64,000 nucleotides of DNA. It comes from Acidobacteriota bacterium. GTDB lineage: Bacteria > Acidobacteriota > UBA890 > WLXD01. The notes beneath the pieces were generated by a model. It was not told where the DNA came from. It did not search any database and saw only the letters and a list, made by a program, of their open reading frames with translations. The DNA is taken from assembly GCA_965248695.1 (NCBI GenBank), contig CBDFKD010000002.1, positions 3,552,001-3,616,000 of the forward strand, in the 5' to 3' direction. The position numbers and the translations under genes were made by a program. Positions 1 to 9,998 of this stretch are shown one piece after another; the stretch's first letter is position 1; each line of letters opens with the position of its first letter.

Positions 1-1
1 C

Positions 2-946
2 TTTCGCTACGATCACGACTATGTCGCGGCCAGTGTTGGCTACAAGCACGAACCTCATCACTACAGCTACTACAACCCCATCTACCACCCGTTCCGTGAG
101 GGCTCGGATCTACACACAATCCAGTCGATCACCAAGAGCGTGACCTCGGCGCTGGTCGGCATCGCCATCCACCGCGGCGAGATCGAGAGCACGGAGGTTG
201 CGGCGCTGTCCTACCTCGCGGATCGCCAGTTCCCCGATCCCGACGGTGTGAAGGCCACGATCACGCTCGAAGACGCGCTGACAATGCGGCCGGGATTCGA
301 GTGGGACGAGTTCACGCTGCCGTACACCGACGTGGGCAACGACGCGGCGCAGCTCGAGTCCTCGGACGACTGGGTCCAGTTCGTGCTCGACAAGCCGATG
401 GCGACGGCGCCCGGTGAGACGTTCGTCTACAACAGCGGCAACTCGGTGCTGTTGTCGGCGATCCTCAAGGCCGCCACCGGCCTGCACGCCAACGAGTACG
501 CCGAGGCGCACCTCTTCGGGCCACTCGGAATCAAGGACTATTTCTGGAAGACGATTCCCGACGGACTCACCGACACCGAGGGCGGCCTCTATCTGAAGAC
601 CGAAGATCTGGCCAAGATCGGCTACCTGTACCTGCAGGACGGGATCTGGGAGGGCGATCGCCTGCTCCCCGAAGGCTGGGTCGAGCGCTCGGCGCGACCG
701 TGGGTGTCGTTTGCCACTCCGGACAATCCTGACAGCAAGCGCGGCTACGGCTTCCAGTGGTGGATCATGAACGACGGAACCGGCGACGCGCCCATGCAGT
801 ACGGCGGATCCGGGTACGGCGGCCAGTCGCTGATCATCGTCCCCGAGCTCGACCTCGTCGGGGTGGTCAACTCGTGGAACATCTACGAGGAGTCATACTC
901 GGCCGCGGACGTGATCATCGACAACGTCATCCCGGCGGTGCGCTAG
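2..946 (+). CDS. Serine hydrolase, beta-lactamase class C family (5' partial, open from window start)
   Basis: Frame open from base 2; SxxK (SITK) just upstream of the ORF-track start, YxS/N (FVYNSGN), GGL..K.EDLAKIG, C-terminal GSGYGGQ. Confidence 0.88.
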   Translation, partial: FRYDHDYVAASVGYKHEPHHYSYYNPIYHPFREGSDLHTIQSITKSVTSALVGIAIHRGEIESTEVAALSYLADRQFPDPDGVKATITLEDALTMRPGFEWDEFTLPYTDVGNDAAQLESSDDWVQFVLDKPMATAPGETFVYNSGNSVLLSAILKAATGLHANEYAEAHLFGPLGIKDYFWKTIPDGLTDTEGGLYLKTEDLAKIGYLYLQDGIWEGDRLLPEGWVERSARPWVSFATPDNPDSKRGYGFQWWIMNDGTGDAPMQYGGSGYGGQSLIIVPELDLVGVVNSWNIYEESYSAADVIIDNVIPAVR

Positions 947-989
947 ACGACCGGCCGGCGGTCGGCCAGCCGCGGGCGCCAGCGCCCTT

Positions 990-2933
990 CTATGGCAACG
1001 TCAGCGCTACCCACTCCGACGGGCGGTCGCGCTCGCCGATCGGCACGAGGATGAACTGCTTGCCCTCGACCATGTAGGTCATCGGGCCGCCGGTCTGCGC
1101 CGCCGGCAGCTCGGTCTCCCAGATCACCTCCCCGGTGGCCTTGTCGAGGGCGCGGAAGTTGCGGCCATGCATCAGCTCCGGGATGCCCCCGAATACGTTG
1201 CTGCCGTCGCCGATGAACAGCAGCGTTTTGGTCACCAACGGAGTCGGTCGGCTGGCGATTCCCAGTGGCGGCAGATCGAGACCCTCCAGGAGCGGATGAT
1301 TCCGGGGCCCGTCGCCGTTGGCGATCGTCCATACATGCTCGCCGCGGTTGAGGTCCAGCGCCACGACGCGTCCCCACGGTGGCTTGATCAGCGGCAGACC
1401 GTCGATGTACGGCGCTTCACGGTTCGGGCTCCAGTAGTCCATCTCGGCGTCCTCGTCGTCGGCCTTGGCGAGGCGATAGACGCGCGGAATCGCGTGCGAG
1501 ACGGCGTAGTAGAAGCCGGTCTCCGGGTCGAACGCGCCGGTGTTCCAGTTCCCCGAGCCCCATGATCCCGGCACCATGAGCGTGCCCTGGGTTCCGCCGG
1601 GCGCATCACTGACCAGCGACGGGGGCGTGAAGATCGGACCGATGACGAACTGCTTGGCGAGCTCCCGGGCGCGCGCCTCCAGCTCCGGGGTGAAGTTGAT
1701 GAAGTCGTCGTCGGTGAGCCCGATGCGCGCGAACGGCGGCGGCTTGGTGGGAATCGGCTGGGTGGGCGAAGCCTGCTCTCCCGGCACCGTCGAGGGCGGC
1801 ACCGGCCGTTCCTCGATCGGCCACACCGGCGCGCCGGTGGCGCGGTCGAAGACGTACAGGTAGCCGGTCTTGCTCGGCTGCATGACGGCCTTGATCCGCC
1901 GCCCATCGACCATGAGATCACCCAGGGTGGCCGGCCCGACGGTGTCGTACTCCCACAGGTCGTGGTGCACCATCTGGAAGTGCCAGACGCGCTCGCCGGT
2001 CTTGGCGTCGAGCGCTACCAGGGCGTTGGAAAACAGGTTGTCACCCGGGCGGTGTCCACCGTAGTAGGCCGCGGTGGGTGCGCTGAGCGGAACGTAGACG
2101 TAGCCGAGATCCTCATCGGCGGATACGCAGCACCAGGAACCCAAATCACCGGAAAACGACCGCGAGTCGTCTCCCCAGCTGTCGGCGCCGAACTCGCCCT
2201 CCTGCGGCACGACGTGGAAGGTCCACAGCAGCTCGCCGCTGCGAACGTCGAAGCCTCGCACGTCTTCCGGCATGCTCTGCCGCCAGCGCATGCCGCTGTC
2301 GCCGGCTCCGTCGACATTGCCGGCGATGACCACTACGTCGCCGACGACGATCGGTCCGGAGGTCCACCGGAAGTTGCGCGCGCCCGTCGGCGTCAAGCTC
2401 ACGCGGCCGTTGTCGCCGAAGCCCGCAAACGGCTCGCCGGTGCGCAGGTCGAGCGCATACAGGTAGCCGCTGCGATTCGAGAACAGACGACGTTGCGAAT
2501 CGCCCTCCCAGTGATCCACCCCGCGCGTGCTCTGGGAGTTGCGCTCTTGCGCCATCTCCGGCGGCGGCTCCTGCTCCCAGATCGTCTTGCCGGTGAGGGC
2601 GTCGACGGCCACCACCAGACCGGCGGCGTTGGGCGCATACAGAACTCCGTCAATCATTGTCGGAGTGGAACGCAAATAGTTGCCGGTACGAAGCCTCGGG
2701 AATCGTTCCGCCAGCTCGGCATCGAGGCCCGGTCGACGCCAAACGATGCGCAGACTCTGGACGTTGTCGCGCGTGATCTGATCCAGCGGCGAGTACCGTG
2801 TGTAGGCGGAGTCTCCACCCGACGAGCGCCACTCGCCGCGTGAAGTCTCATCCTGTGCCCGCACCGCGACGCTGCCACCCATCGTCAGCGTGGCAATGAC
2901 CCCGACTCCAAGCAGTTTCTGTACAGGCGACAC
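990..2933 (-). CDS. PQQ-dependent dehydrogenase (quinoprotein glucose dehydrogenase-like)
   Basis: YTRYSPLDQI, repeated A.D..TG...W docking motifs, HHDLWEYD, KPPWG, PMTY..GKQ; signal peptide. Confidence 0.9.
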   Translation of the reverse strand: MSPVQKLLGVGVIATLTMGGSVAVRAQDETSRGEWRSSGGDSAYTRYSPLDQITRDNVQSLRIVWRRPGLDAELAERFPRLRTGNYLRSTPTMIDGVLYAPNAAGLVVAVDALTGKTIWEQEPPPEMAQERNSQSTRGVDHWEGDSQRRLFSNRSGYLYALDLRTGEPFAGFGDNGRVSLTPTGARNFRWTSGPIVVGDVVVIAGNVDGAGDSGMRWRQSMPEDVRGFDVRSGELLWTFHVVPQEGEFGADSWGDDSRSFSGDLGSWCCVSADEDLGYVYVPLSAPTAAYYGGHRPGDNLFSNALVALDAKTGERVWHFQMVHHDLWEYDTVGPATLGDLMVDGRRIKAVMQPSKTGYLYVFDRATGAPVWPIEERPVPPSTVPGEQASPTQPIPTKPPPFARIGLTDDDFINFTPELEARARELAKQFVIGPIFTPPSLVSDAPGGTQGTLMVPGSWGSGNWNTGAFDPETGFYYAVSHAIPRVYRLAKADDEDAEMDYWSPNREAPYIDGLPLIKPPWGRVVALDLNRGEHVWTIANGDGPRNHPLLEGLDLPPLGIASRPTPLVTKTLLFIGDGSNVFGGIPELMHGRNFRALDKATGEVIWETELPAAQTGGPMTYMVEGKQFILVPIGERDRPSEWVALTLP

Positions 2934-2942
2934 GTTCCTCTC

Positions 2943-3440
2943 CTAGCTCCCCGGTGGGCCGTCAGGATGTGGCTCACAAGCGGGCGGCTGCTCGACGCTC
3001 CAGGCCATCGCGAGGATGCGCCAGCCGGACTCAGTGCGCACCATTGTGAAGGTATCGACACCACAATGGGACCATTCCCCGTCCACATACAGATCGTAGG
3101 GGAGCCACACCGAGGCAATCGGTCCCGAGATGGAGACCTCGGGGTGGAAGCCTCGCTCGAGAATATCGGCCTGCGGCGTTTGCCCCCGTGATTCGGCCCG
3201 GGACCGAACCGAGTACCGCATCTCCCCATCGCGCTCGCCGACGCTGATCGTGATCGCGTCTTCGACCATCAAGTCGGTGAACGCGATCATGTCCTCGCTG
3301 CTAATCGCGGCCAGCGCAGCATCGGCAATCGCACGCACCCGCTCACGCTCGCCCGCAGCCTCCTGGGCGGTGGCCGGAAGGCTCGCCAGGATCAGGGCCA
3401 GGATCGAACAGATGCCGGGTAAGCGGGGTCGGGTCATCAT
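2943..3440 (-). CDS. Secreted NTF2/SnoaL-like (DUF4440-type) protein
   Basis: Signal peptide after MMTRPR (ATG 3440, GGAAGG RBS); W.PY.....HCGVD.F.....GWRI pattern. Confidence 0.75.
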   Translation of the reverse strand: MMTRPRLPGICSILALILASLPATAQEAAGERERVRAIADAALAAISSEDMIAFTDLMVEDAITISVGERDGEMRYSVRSRAESRGQTPQADILERGFHPEVSISGPIASVWLPYDLYVDGEWSHCGVDTFTMVRTESGWRILAMAWSVEQPPACEPHPDGPPGS

Positions 3441-3806
3441 CGTTCCTTCCGAGCTTCGGACAATCTTGTCGGGATGATCGCGCCGCCTGACGGCAGCGGA
3501 GCCAACGGTAGTTCGAGCTCGCCTCAGGCGGCAATAGCATCGTGCCATTCGTGCCCGCCTCGGGAGAGTCAGCCGCGAGGCGGCGTGCTCTATTCCGAGG
3601 CCTGCCCCGGTGCCAGAAAGCAGCGCAGGGCCTGCAACGGGTTCGGATACCGAAGACTCGGCGCCGCACGCTTCAAGGCCCGGACCTGCTTTCCGGACAA
3701 TGGCCTCCCAGTCTTCCAGTAGTCGGGCTCGAGGGAGTCTGGGCGTGTTCGCGCGAGGGTATGCTTGCGGATCACGATTCGTGCTCCGCCAACTCCTGGT
3801 GATTCG

Positions 3807-5078
3807 ATGCGCTACCTGAGTCGTTGTCTCGTCCCGCTGGTCACACTATCGCTCCTGCCGGTGCCCGCGATCGCGCCGGCGCAGGAAGACGTGACCGTTG
3901 TGCTGCGCGCCGCTCGCATGCTCGATGTCGTGCAAGGGCGCCTTATCGAGCCCGGCATTGTTGCTGTCGCCAACGGACGCATAAGCGCCATCGGCGAAGT
4001 GCCCGCCGGCGCCGATGTCATCGATCTCGGTGATGTGACGCTGCTCCCCGGCTTCATCGATCTGCACACCCACCTCGGGGGCGAGATCGACGCGGACGCT
4101 TTCGCGCGGGTGGTGCGGGAAACCGAAATCGATTCTGCGTTCAGGGCGGTTGCGAACGGGCGCAAGACGCTGCTCGCCGGCTTCACCACCGTGCGCGACT
4201 TCGGTGGCCAGGTGACCGTGGCGCTCAGTCGTGCCGTTGAGGCGGGTCGGGTGCCCGGTCCGCACGTGTTCCCTTCGCGCAACGCCATCGGCATCACCGG
4301 AGGCCACTGCGACGTCACCGGGCTCGCGCCCGGGTTGCTGGAGACCACCTGGCGCGACGGTATCGCCGACGGTCCCGATGAGGTGGTCAAGGCGGTGCGT
4401 TACCAGATCAAGCACGGCGCCAAGGTCATCAAGACATGCGCCACGGCGGGTGTCCTGTCATTCGAGGAATCCGTCGGGGCGCAGCAGTACACCTTCGAGG
4501 AGCTCCAGGCGATGGTGCAGGAGGCGGCACGGCACCACATCAAGGTCGCGGCGCACGCACATGGCACCGCGGGGATCCGCGCCGCGGTCGAGGCCGGGGT
4601 GGCATCGATCGAGCATGGATCAATCCTAGATACCGAGACCATCGAGCTGATGAAGGAGAAGGGGACCTATCTGGTGCCGACGACGTATCTGGTCGATGCG
4701 ATTGACCTGGACGTGTTGCCGCCGCCGATTCGAGCCAAGGCGGAGCTCATCCTGCCACTGGCGCGCGAGAGCCTGGCGCAGGCGATCGCGGCGGGCGTCA
4801 AGATCGGTTTCGGTACCGATGCGGCGGTCTACCCGCATGGTGACAACGCGCGCGAGTTCGCCGTTCTCGTGGAGCGCGGCATGGAGCCCATCGCAGCGCT
4901 ACGGTCGGCGACCATCGGCGCCGCCGACCTGCTCGGGGTAACCGATCGCGGCACCCTTCAGGTGGGCAAGCTGGCCGACATCATCGCGGTCCCGGGTAAC
5001 CCGCTAGAGGATATCCGCGCCACGGAGCATGTCTCGTTCGTGATGCTCGCAGGAACCATCGCCAAGCGCGGTGAGTGA
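3807..5078 (+). CDS. Metal-dependent amidohydrolase (Xaa-Pro dipeptidase-like)
   Basis: LLPGFIDLHTH, AAHAHG, SIEHG, FGTDA, GKLADII; signal peptide from ATG 3807. Confidence 0.9.
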   Translation: MRYLSRCLVPLVTLSLLPVPAIAPAQEDVTVVLRAARMLDVVQGRLIEPGIVAVANGRISAIGEVPAGADVIDLGDVTLLPGFIDLHTHLGGEIDADAFARVVRETEIDSAFRAVANGRKTLLAGFTTVRDFGGQVTVALSRAVEAGRVPGPHVFPSRNAIGITGGHCDVTGLAPGLLETTWRDGIADGPDEVVKAVRYQIKHGAKVIKTCATAGVLSFEESVGAQQYTFEELQAMVQEAARHHIKVAAHAHGTAGIRAAVEAGVASIEHGSILDTETIELMKEKGTYLVPTTYLVDAIDLDVLPPPIRAKAELILPLARESLAQAIAAGVKIGFGTDAAVYPHGDNAREFAVLVERGMEPIAALRSATIGAADLLGVTDRGTLQVGKLADIIAVPGNPLEDIRATEHVSFVMLAGTIAKRGE

Positions 5079-5147
5079 CGCCGGGCTTGACACAACGTCA
5101 GGAGCCGCCCGGACGCGAGTGACCGCAAACTGAGCCACGGCGGCCTG

Positions 5148-6296
5148 ATGGACTACGCACCCAACCCGTTCATGCGACGCCATCCGTCCATCGAGGATAT
5201 GGCGCGCACGGCCGAACGACGCATTCCGCGATTCGCCTTCGACTACCTGCAGGGAGCCACCGGTCGTGAGGTGATCCTGGAGCGTAACCGCACCTGCCTC
5301 GACGCGGTGACGCTAACGCCGCGGTTCATGGTGGACGTGACCTCACTGGACCTGTCCACGGAGCTGTTCGGAACCCGCTACGAGCTGCCGTTCGGCATCG
5401 CGCCGGTCGGCCTGAGCGGTCTCATGTGGCCGGGCGCCGAGCGCATCCTGGCGGCCACCGCGGACAAGGCCGGGATTCCGTACTGCCTGAGCACGCTGTC
5501 GACCGTCGAGATGGAGGAGGTCGCCGAGATCGCCGGCTCGCGGGCGTGGTTTCAGCTCTACGTCACCAAGGACTCCGACGTGGCCGGCGACCTGGTGCGC
5601 CGCGCCGCCGATGCGGGTTTTGGTGCGCTCATCGTGACCGTCGACGTGCCGGCGTCGTCGCGCCGCGAGCGCGACATCCGCAACGGCCTTTCGTTGCCAC
5701 CACGAATCGGGTTGAAGACCATCTACCGCTCGTCGATCCGACCCGCCTGGCTGTTGCAGATGTTGCGCGCCGGCCGGCCGAAGTTCCGCAACGTAGCGCG
5801 TTACGCGCCCGCCGGCACGCAACTGGAGAGCTTCGTGATGGAGCAATTCCTCCTGCGACCGCTCTCCTGGAAGTGGATCGAGGCAATCCGCCAACAATGG
5901 TCCGGGCCGCTGGTGCTCAAGGGCATCCTCCATCCCGACGACGCCAAGCGAGCCGTCGATGCCGGCGCCGACGGCCTGATCGTCTCCAATCACGGCGGTC
6001 GCCAGCTCGACGCCGCCCCGACCCCGCTGGATGTCCTGCCGGCTATCCGCGACGCGGTCGGTGAACGCACGACTCTGACGGTCGACAGCGGCATCATGAG
6101 CGGCCTCGACGTTGCACGCTGTCTGGCGCACGGTGCGCAATTCGTTTTCTGCGGCCGAGCGTTCATGTATGGGGTGGCGGCGCTGGGCAGCGCAGGTGGT
6201 GATCAGACGGTAGCGATCTTGCGGGAGGGACTGAAGGACATCCTGACGCAGATCGGCTGTGCCTCCGTGAGGGAGCTGGACGCGCGCTGGCTCTAG
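5148..6296 (+). CDS. FMN-dependent alpha-hydroxy acid dehydrogenase (L-lactate dehydrogenase family)
   Basis: WFQLY, VTVD, LKGI, SNHGGRQLD, DSGI.SG.D, GRAF. Confidence 0.92.
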   Translation: MDYAPNPFMRRHPSIEDMARTAERRIPRFAFDYLQGATGREVILERNRTCLDAVTLTPRFMVDVTSLDLSTELFGTRYELPFGIAPVGLSGLMWPGAERILAATADKAGIPYCLSTLSTVEMEEVAEIAGSRAWFQLYVTKDSDVAGDLVRRAADAGFGALIVTVDVPASSRRERDIRNGLSLPPRIGLKTIYRSSIRPAWLLQMLRAGRPKFRNVARYAPAGTQLESFVMEQFLLRPLSWKWIEAIRQQWSGPLVLKGILHPDDAKRAVDAGADGLIVSNHGGRQLDAAPTPLDVLPAIRDAVGERTTLTVDSGIMSGLDVARCLAHGAQFVFCGRAFMYGVAALGSAGGDQTVAILREGLKDILTQIGCASVRELDARWL

Positions 6297-6422
6297 TGGC
6301 CTGTAACAGATGATCGAGCACCGACGAGGCGCGAGGTGGCGGGTTAGAGTCGCCCTCAACCAGCCACGAGCAACGCGGCGCGCGTCGGCCGTTCGCCCCC
6401 GCGCCGATCCCGGAGTAGACCG

Positions 6423-7523
6423 ATGCAAGACCTCCTGGCGCAGACCTACTACGGCAACACCGTCAACGAGTGGGCCGCGGCGTTCGCCATAGCGGTAGCG
6501 GCGCTCGTCCTCGGCAAGGCGGTGTACTGGATATTCGGCAACGTCATTCGGAAGCTGACGCGTCGTACTGTCACCGAGCTCGACGACAAGCTGGTCGACA
6601 TGCTCGACTTACCAGTGGTGGTTGCGGTAACCGCGCTGGGAATCTGGGTGGCCATCCGAACACTGGTGCTCCCGGAGACCGTCATCGGTTTCGCCTGGGG
6701 CGCCATGCAGGTGGCGCTCATGCTTACCGTCGCCTGGATGGCAGCACGCGTCTTCGACGCTGTGACTCATGTCGTGCTCGAGCCGCTGGCCGAGGACACC
6801 GAAAGCGATCTGGACGACCAGCTGCTGCCGATCATCCGCAAGGGCGGCAAGGCAGCGATCTGGGCGCTGGGCATCATCGTGGCGCTCAACAACGCAGGCT
6901 ACGACGTGGCGGCGTTAATCGCCGGCCTCGGTATCGGCGGCCTGGCGCTGGCGATGGCGGCGCAGGACACGATCAAGAACATCTTTGGCGGCTTCACGAT
7001 CTTCACCGACCGGCCCTTCGGCATCAACGACTGGATCAAGGCAGGCGGCTTCGAGGGCACCGTAAAGGAGATCGGGGTGCGAAGCACCCGTGTGCAGACG
7101 TTCGCCGGCCGCGAAGTGACGATTCCCAACTCCACCATCGCCAACTCGCCGGTGGAGAATGTAAGCGGCGAGCCGTCCAGGCGCATCAAGCTCAACCTCG
7201 GACTCACCTACGACACCACGCCAGCGGCCATGCAAAGGGCGATGGACATCCTGCGCGAGATCGCCGCCGAACACGAAGGGCTACAGGCCCGCGAGCCGGT
7301 GGTCGCTTTCAACGCCTTCGGCGACTTCGCGATGAATCTCCTGTTCCAGTACTACATCCGTGCCGACGCCGACGTGGTGGAGACGCAGACGCGGATGAAC
7401 CTCGCGATCCTCGACCGCTTCAACGCCGAGGGCCTGGAGTTCGCCTTCCCGACACAGACGATCTACACGCAGCCCATGGACGTCGGCGACGCATCGCAGG
7501 AGGCGAGCGCCGGCACCGGCTAG
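6423..7523 (+). CDS. MscS-family mechanosensitive channel
   Basis: LIAGLGIGGLALAMAAQDT.KN, DRPF.I.D.I, IPNS, FAFPTQT. Confidence 0.93.
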   Translation: MQDLLAQTYYGNTVNEWAAAFAIAVAALVLGKAVYWIFGNVIRKLTRRTVTELDDKLVDMLDLPVVVAVTALGIWVAIRTLVLPETVIGFAWGAMQVALMLTVAWMAARVFDAVTHVVLEPLAEDTESDLDDQLLPIIRKGGKAAIWALGIIVALNNAGYDVAALIAGLGIGGLALAMAAQDTIKNIFGGFTIFTDRPFGINDWIKAGGFEGTVKEIGVRSTRVQTFAGREVTIPNSTIANSPVENVSGEPSRRIKLNLGLTYDTTPAAMQRAMDILREIAAEHEGLQAREPVVAFNAFGDFAMNLLFQYYIRADADVVETQTRMNLAILDRFNAEGLEFAFPTQTIYTQPMDVGDASQEASAGTG

Positions 7524-7569
7524 GCAGCCGATACACCGTGCCCGTACGTTGTAGGATTCGGCGCCGTGG

Positions 7570-7850
7570 ATGAGGCGGACGCGCATCTGGGGGGGGGCAC
7601 GCCGAGCTGAGTCGCGATCTGGGGCTGGTGAGCGCCCTGGCGATCGGTACCGGCACGATGATCGCGGCGGGCATCTTCACGCTCTCAGGACTGGCGATCA
7701 GCTATGTCGGCTCTGCGGCCATCGCCTCGTTCCTGCTCGCAGCGCTGGTAGCCAGCCTGACGGCGCTGAGCTACTGCGAGTTCGCCTCGATCTACCCGCA
7801 GTCGGGCGAGGGTTACCTCTACGCTCGCAAGACGTTCTCGCCGCCGGCGG
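7570..7850 (+). pseudogene. APC amino-acid permease, N-terminal remnant
   Basis: LSRDLGL..A.AIG.GTMIAAGIF...YCEFAS..P.SGEGY.YA = TM1-2 of APC; ATG 7570 is out of frame at the G9 run 7589-7597; homology stops after about 90 codons. Confidence 0.8.
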
Positions 7851-7856
7851 CCAGCC

Positions 7857-7934
7857 GACGCTCCGAACGTCGAGCTGGCCCACGTGGTGGTGAACTGGTT
7901 CGACGAGCTGCGGCGCCTGGCGCCGGTCCGGTGA
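7857..7934 (+). pseudogene. C-terminal tail remnant of Ser/Thr kinase-PD40 type gene
   Basis: Reads ...HVVVNWFDELRRLAPVR* (TGA 7932-7934), the typical terminus of acidobacterial kinase/beta-propeller proteins. Confidence 0.65.
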
Positions 7935-7993
7935 CGCTGTAGAACACCGCGTGGAGCGTAGCGACGGACCGAGGCCGATCTGGTAGCCGACGC

Positions 7994-9232
7994 CTATCGA
8001 GGTCGGATGCGCCCGTCCATGTCGGGGATCACGAAGCTCGGATCGATGCGGCACGGCCCCTCGGCCAGGCCGAGGCTGACGACCAACTCGCAGGCGGATT
8101 GCACCGACTCGGGCGTCGGCTTTGTCCCCAGATCCATCCAGTCACGGAGGCCCTCCCAGGCGGCGACCCCCTCGGCGAGCGAGAAGCCGCAGTGGCTGGG
8201 CTCATCCTCCACCGTGATCAGGGTGCTCAGGTTGGCCTCCGGGACCAGTTTCGAGTATTCGCCGGCGTTCTCGACGATGATCAGATCGTCCTTGTCGGTG
8301 TGCAGCACCAGGACTTTCGTGTCACCGACCCGGCCGGTGGGGGTGTAGTTCTTGGTCAGCCGCCGTACTGCCCCTGCCTTGGGGTCGGCCCGCTCGATCG
8401 AGGCGTTGACGGCGGGGTCGCCATAGTCGACCTCGGCGTTGCCGATTCCCACCTTGCCCTTCATCTTCTGGCGATCATGGGTGAGGTCGGCCAGCCCGAT
8501 GGTCGAGTACCACAGGTCGGTCGAGACGAATTCGGCCGATACCTGCGCCACATCGACGAGTGTCTGCAGCCGCGCCCGCTGCGCCTTTGTACGCCGAGAG
8601 GGTTTCTTGTCGAGCCCGGTGCAGACGTTGAGCCGGTCGTCTATGTCGTCTGCAGTAAGCGTGGAGTCACTCGGTAGCCCCTCGGCACCACCAGGGATCG
8701 CGGCCCCTTCGACCGCTCCGCAGACGTTGTCGTACAGCAGGCGGAAGTCGAGCGCGCCGTCCCAGTTGCGGCTTCCGGCCAGCGGAGCACAGAGAAGTCC
8801 GGCGGCGACAACATTGCCGCCGATCCCTTTCTCGATCGCCTGCGCGGTGACGATGCCACCGAGCGAGGCGCCGTAGACGATGATCTCGCTCGGCTCACCG
8901 AAGTTGGCGCGGAACACGTTGACCAGGGCGCGCAGGTCCTTGACGGTCTTGAACACCGCCCATCCCGTGAGGCGGTAGCTGGATGCGGCGACGGCGTAGC
9001 CTTGACCGGTCTGCACCTGAACCAGCGGACCCAGATCGGGGAAGGCGGCCGGCGGCTCGACCGAGTACGCGTGGTTCCAGATCACCAGCTTGCCGTTCCA
9101 GTCGTCGGGCACCGTGATCAAGTAGTGCGCTCCGCCGGCAGTCTGCCCACCGATCAGCGTGTCGGCGGCAGCGATGGGAGGGCTGCTGAACATCGCGACA
9201 ACCGCGACGGCGATCACGGTTCGGCGTTTCAT
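7994..9232 (-). CDS. Secreted alpha/beta-hydrolase
   Basis: Signal peptide MKRRTV...; GASLG nucleophile elbow, D (HTDKDD) and H (SHCGF) candidates. Confidence 0.75.
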   Translation of the reverse strand: MKRRTVIAVAVVAMFSSPPIAAADTLIGGQTAGGAHYLITVPDDWNGKLVIWNHAYSVEPPAAFPDLGPLVQVQTGQGYAVAASSYRLTGWAVFKTVKDLRALVNVFRANFGEPSEIIVYGASLGGIVTAQAIEKGIGGNVVAAGLLCAPLAGSRNWDGALDFRLLYDNVCGAVEGAAIPGGAEGLPSDSTLTADDIDDRLNVCTGLDKKPSRRTKAQRARLQTLVDVAQVSAEFVSTDLWYSTIGLADLTHDRQKMKGKVGIGNAEVDYGDPAVNASIERADPKAGAVRRLTKNYTPTGRVGDTKVLVLHTDKDDLIIVENAGEYSKLVPEANLSTLITVEDEPSHCGFSLAEGVAAWEGLRDWMDLGTKPTPESVQSACELVVSLGLAEGPCRIDPSFVIPDMDGRIRPR

Positions 9233-9238
9233 CTCCAG

Positions 9239-9509
9239 CAGACCGTGGTGGAAGTGTGGCGGGCCTGGTTGCGACGAGTTGGGGCCAGATGCAAGGCGGC
9301 CTGACGGAGGCGATGCCCTAGCCATCGTCGAGGAGAGCCTACGCCGCAGATGGCCCCAAATCGCCGCAACCCTGCGGGCGACAGGGGGTTGCGCGCGTAT
9401 ACTGCGTCGTTCGTCGTCAACGATGGGCTAACCATCGCCTCCTCCTCTCTCCTTGCCTCAACCTCGCAAGACCCTATCGCCAGGCCCGCCACACTTTCAC
9501 CACGGTCTG
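9239..9509. mobile_element. MITE-like non-coding element with about 30-bp terminal inverted repeats
   Basis: Left cagaccgtggtggaagtgtggcgggcctgg vs right ccaggcccgccacactttcaccacggtctg (1 mismatch); flanks CCAG and CTAG; third end copy at 62977-63026. Confidence 0.8.
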
Positions 9510-9614
9510 CTAGCTCGTCGGGTTCAAAATACGGCGCTGACCGTCTCATGACGGGGACACATCACAATCTCGCGACCTTACCACCGCGACGGCACCGCGG
9601 GTTAAGCTGGAGCC

Positions 9615-9998
9615 ATGGACACTGGCATCCACACCTCGCTCAACACCGGGCACGAGCTCGACGTCGTCGATGACCGCGACGGGCTCGACACGCGGGTACT
9701 GCGCGCCGGCGACGAGCTCGTCGTGCAAACGGCGCACAGCGTCTACACGCTGGCGTTCGTGGATCCGGAGCAGGGCGAGGTGGAGGCCAGCGGCAGCGGC
9801 AACTTCATCAACGAGCACGTTGCGGCTCGGCTCCTCGGAACGACCCTCTCGGGCACCGGCACGGCGCTGCGCCGCGCCTTCGTGATGCCGGGGTTCAAGC
9901 TCGTGTTGCGGCTGGCCGAGGGCGAGCTGATGACCTCGCGGGTACGCCGAATCTTCGTCAACGGCGCGTCAGTCGAGAGCTCCAAGACCGTCCACTGA
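9615..9998 (+). CDS. Hypothetical beta-rich protein
   Basis: GGAG RBS before ATG, host-like codon use, 127 aa; no family recognised. Confidence 0.65.
   Translation: MDTGIHTSLNTGHELDVVDDRDGLDTRVLRAGDELVVQTAHSVYTLAFVDPEQGEVEASGSGNFINEHVAARLLGTTLSGTGTALRRAFVMPGFKLVLRLAEGELMTSRVRRIFVNGASVESSKTVH

Noticed and set aside
3555-3690. Possible glycine riboswitch (GGGAGAG...CCGAAG...GGAC)
   Set aside because: Spacing is wrong and the conserved CUCAGG and GAAGG-GCAA elements are missing; needs an Infernal search.
7589-7597. G9 tract as a phase-variation switch
   Set aside because: The gene is truncated downstream regardless of tract length; sequencing error is equally likely.
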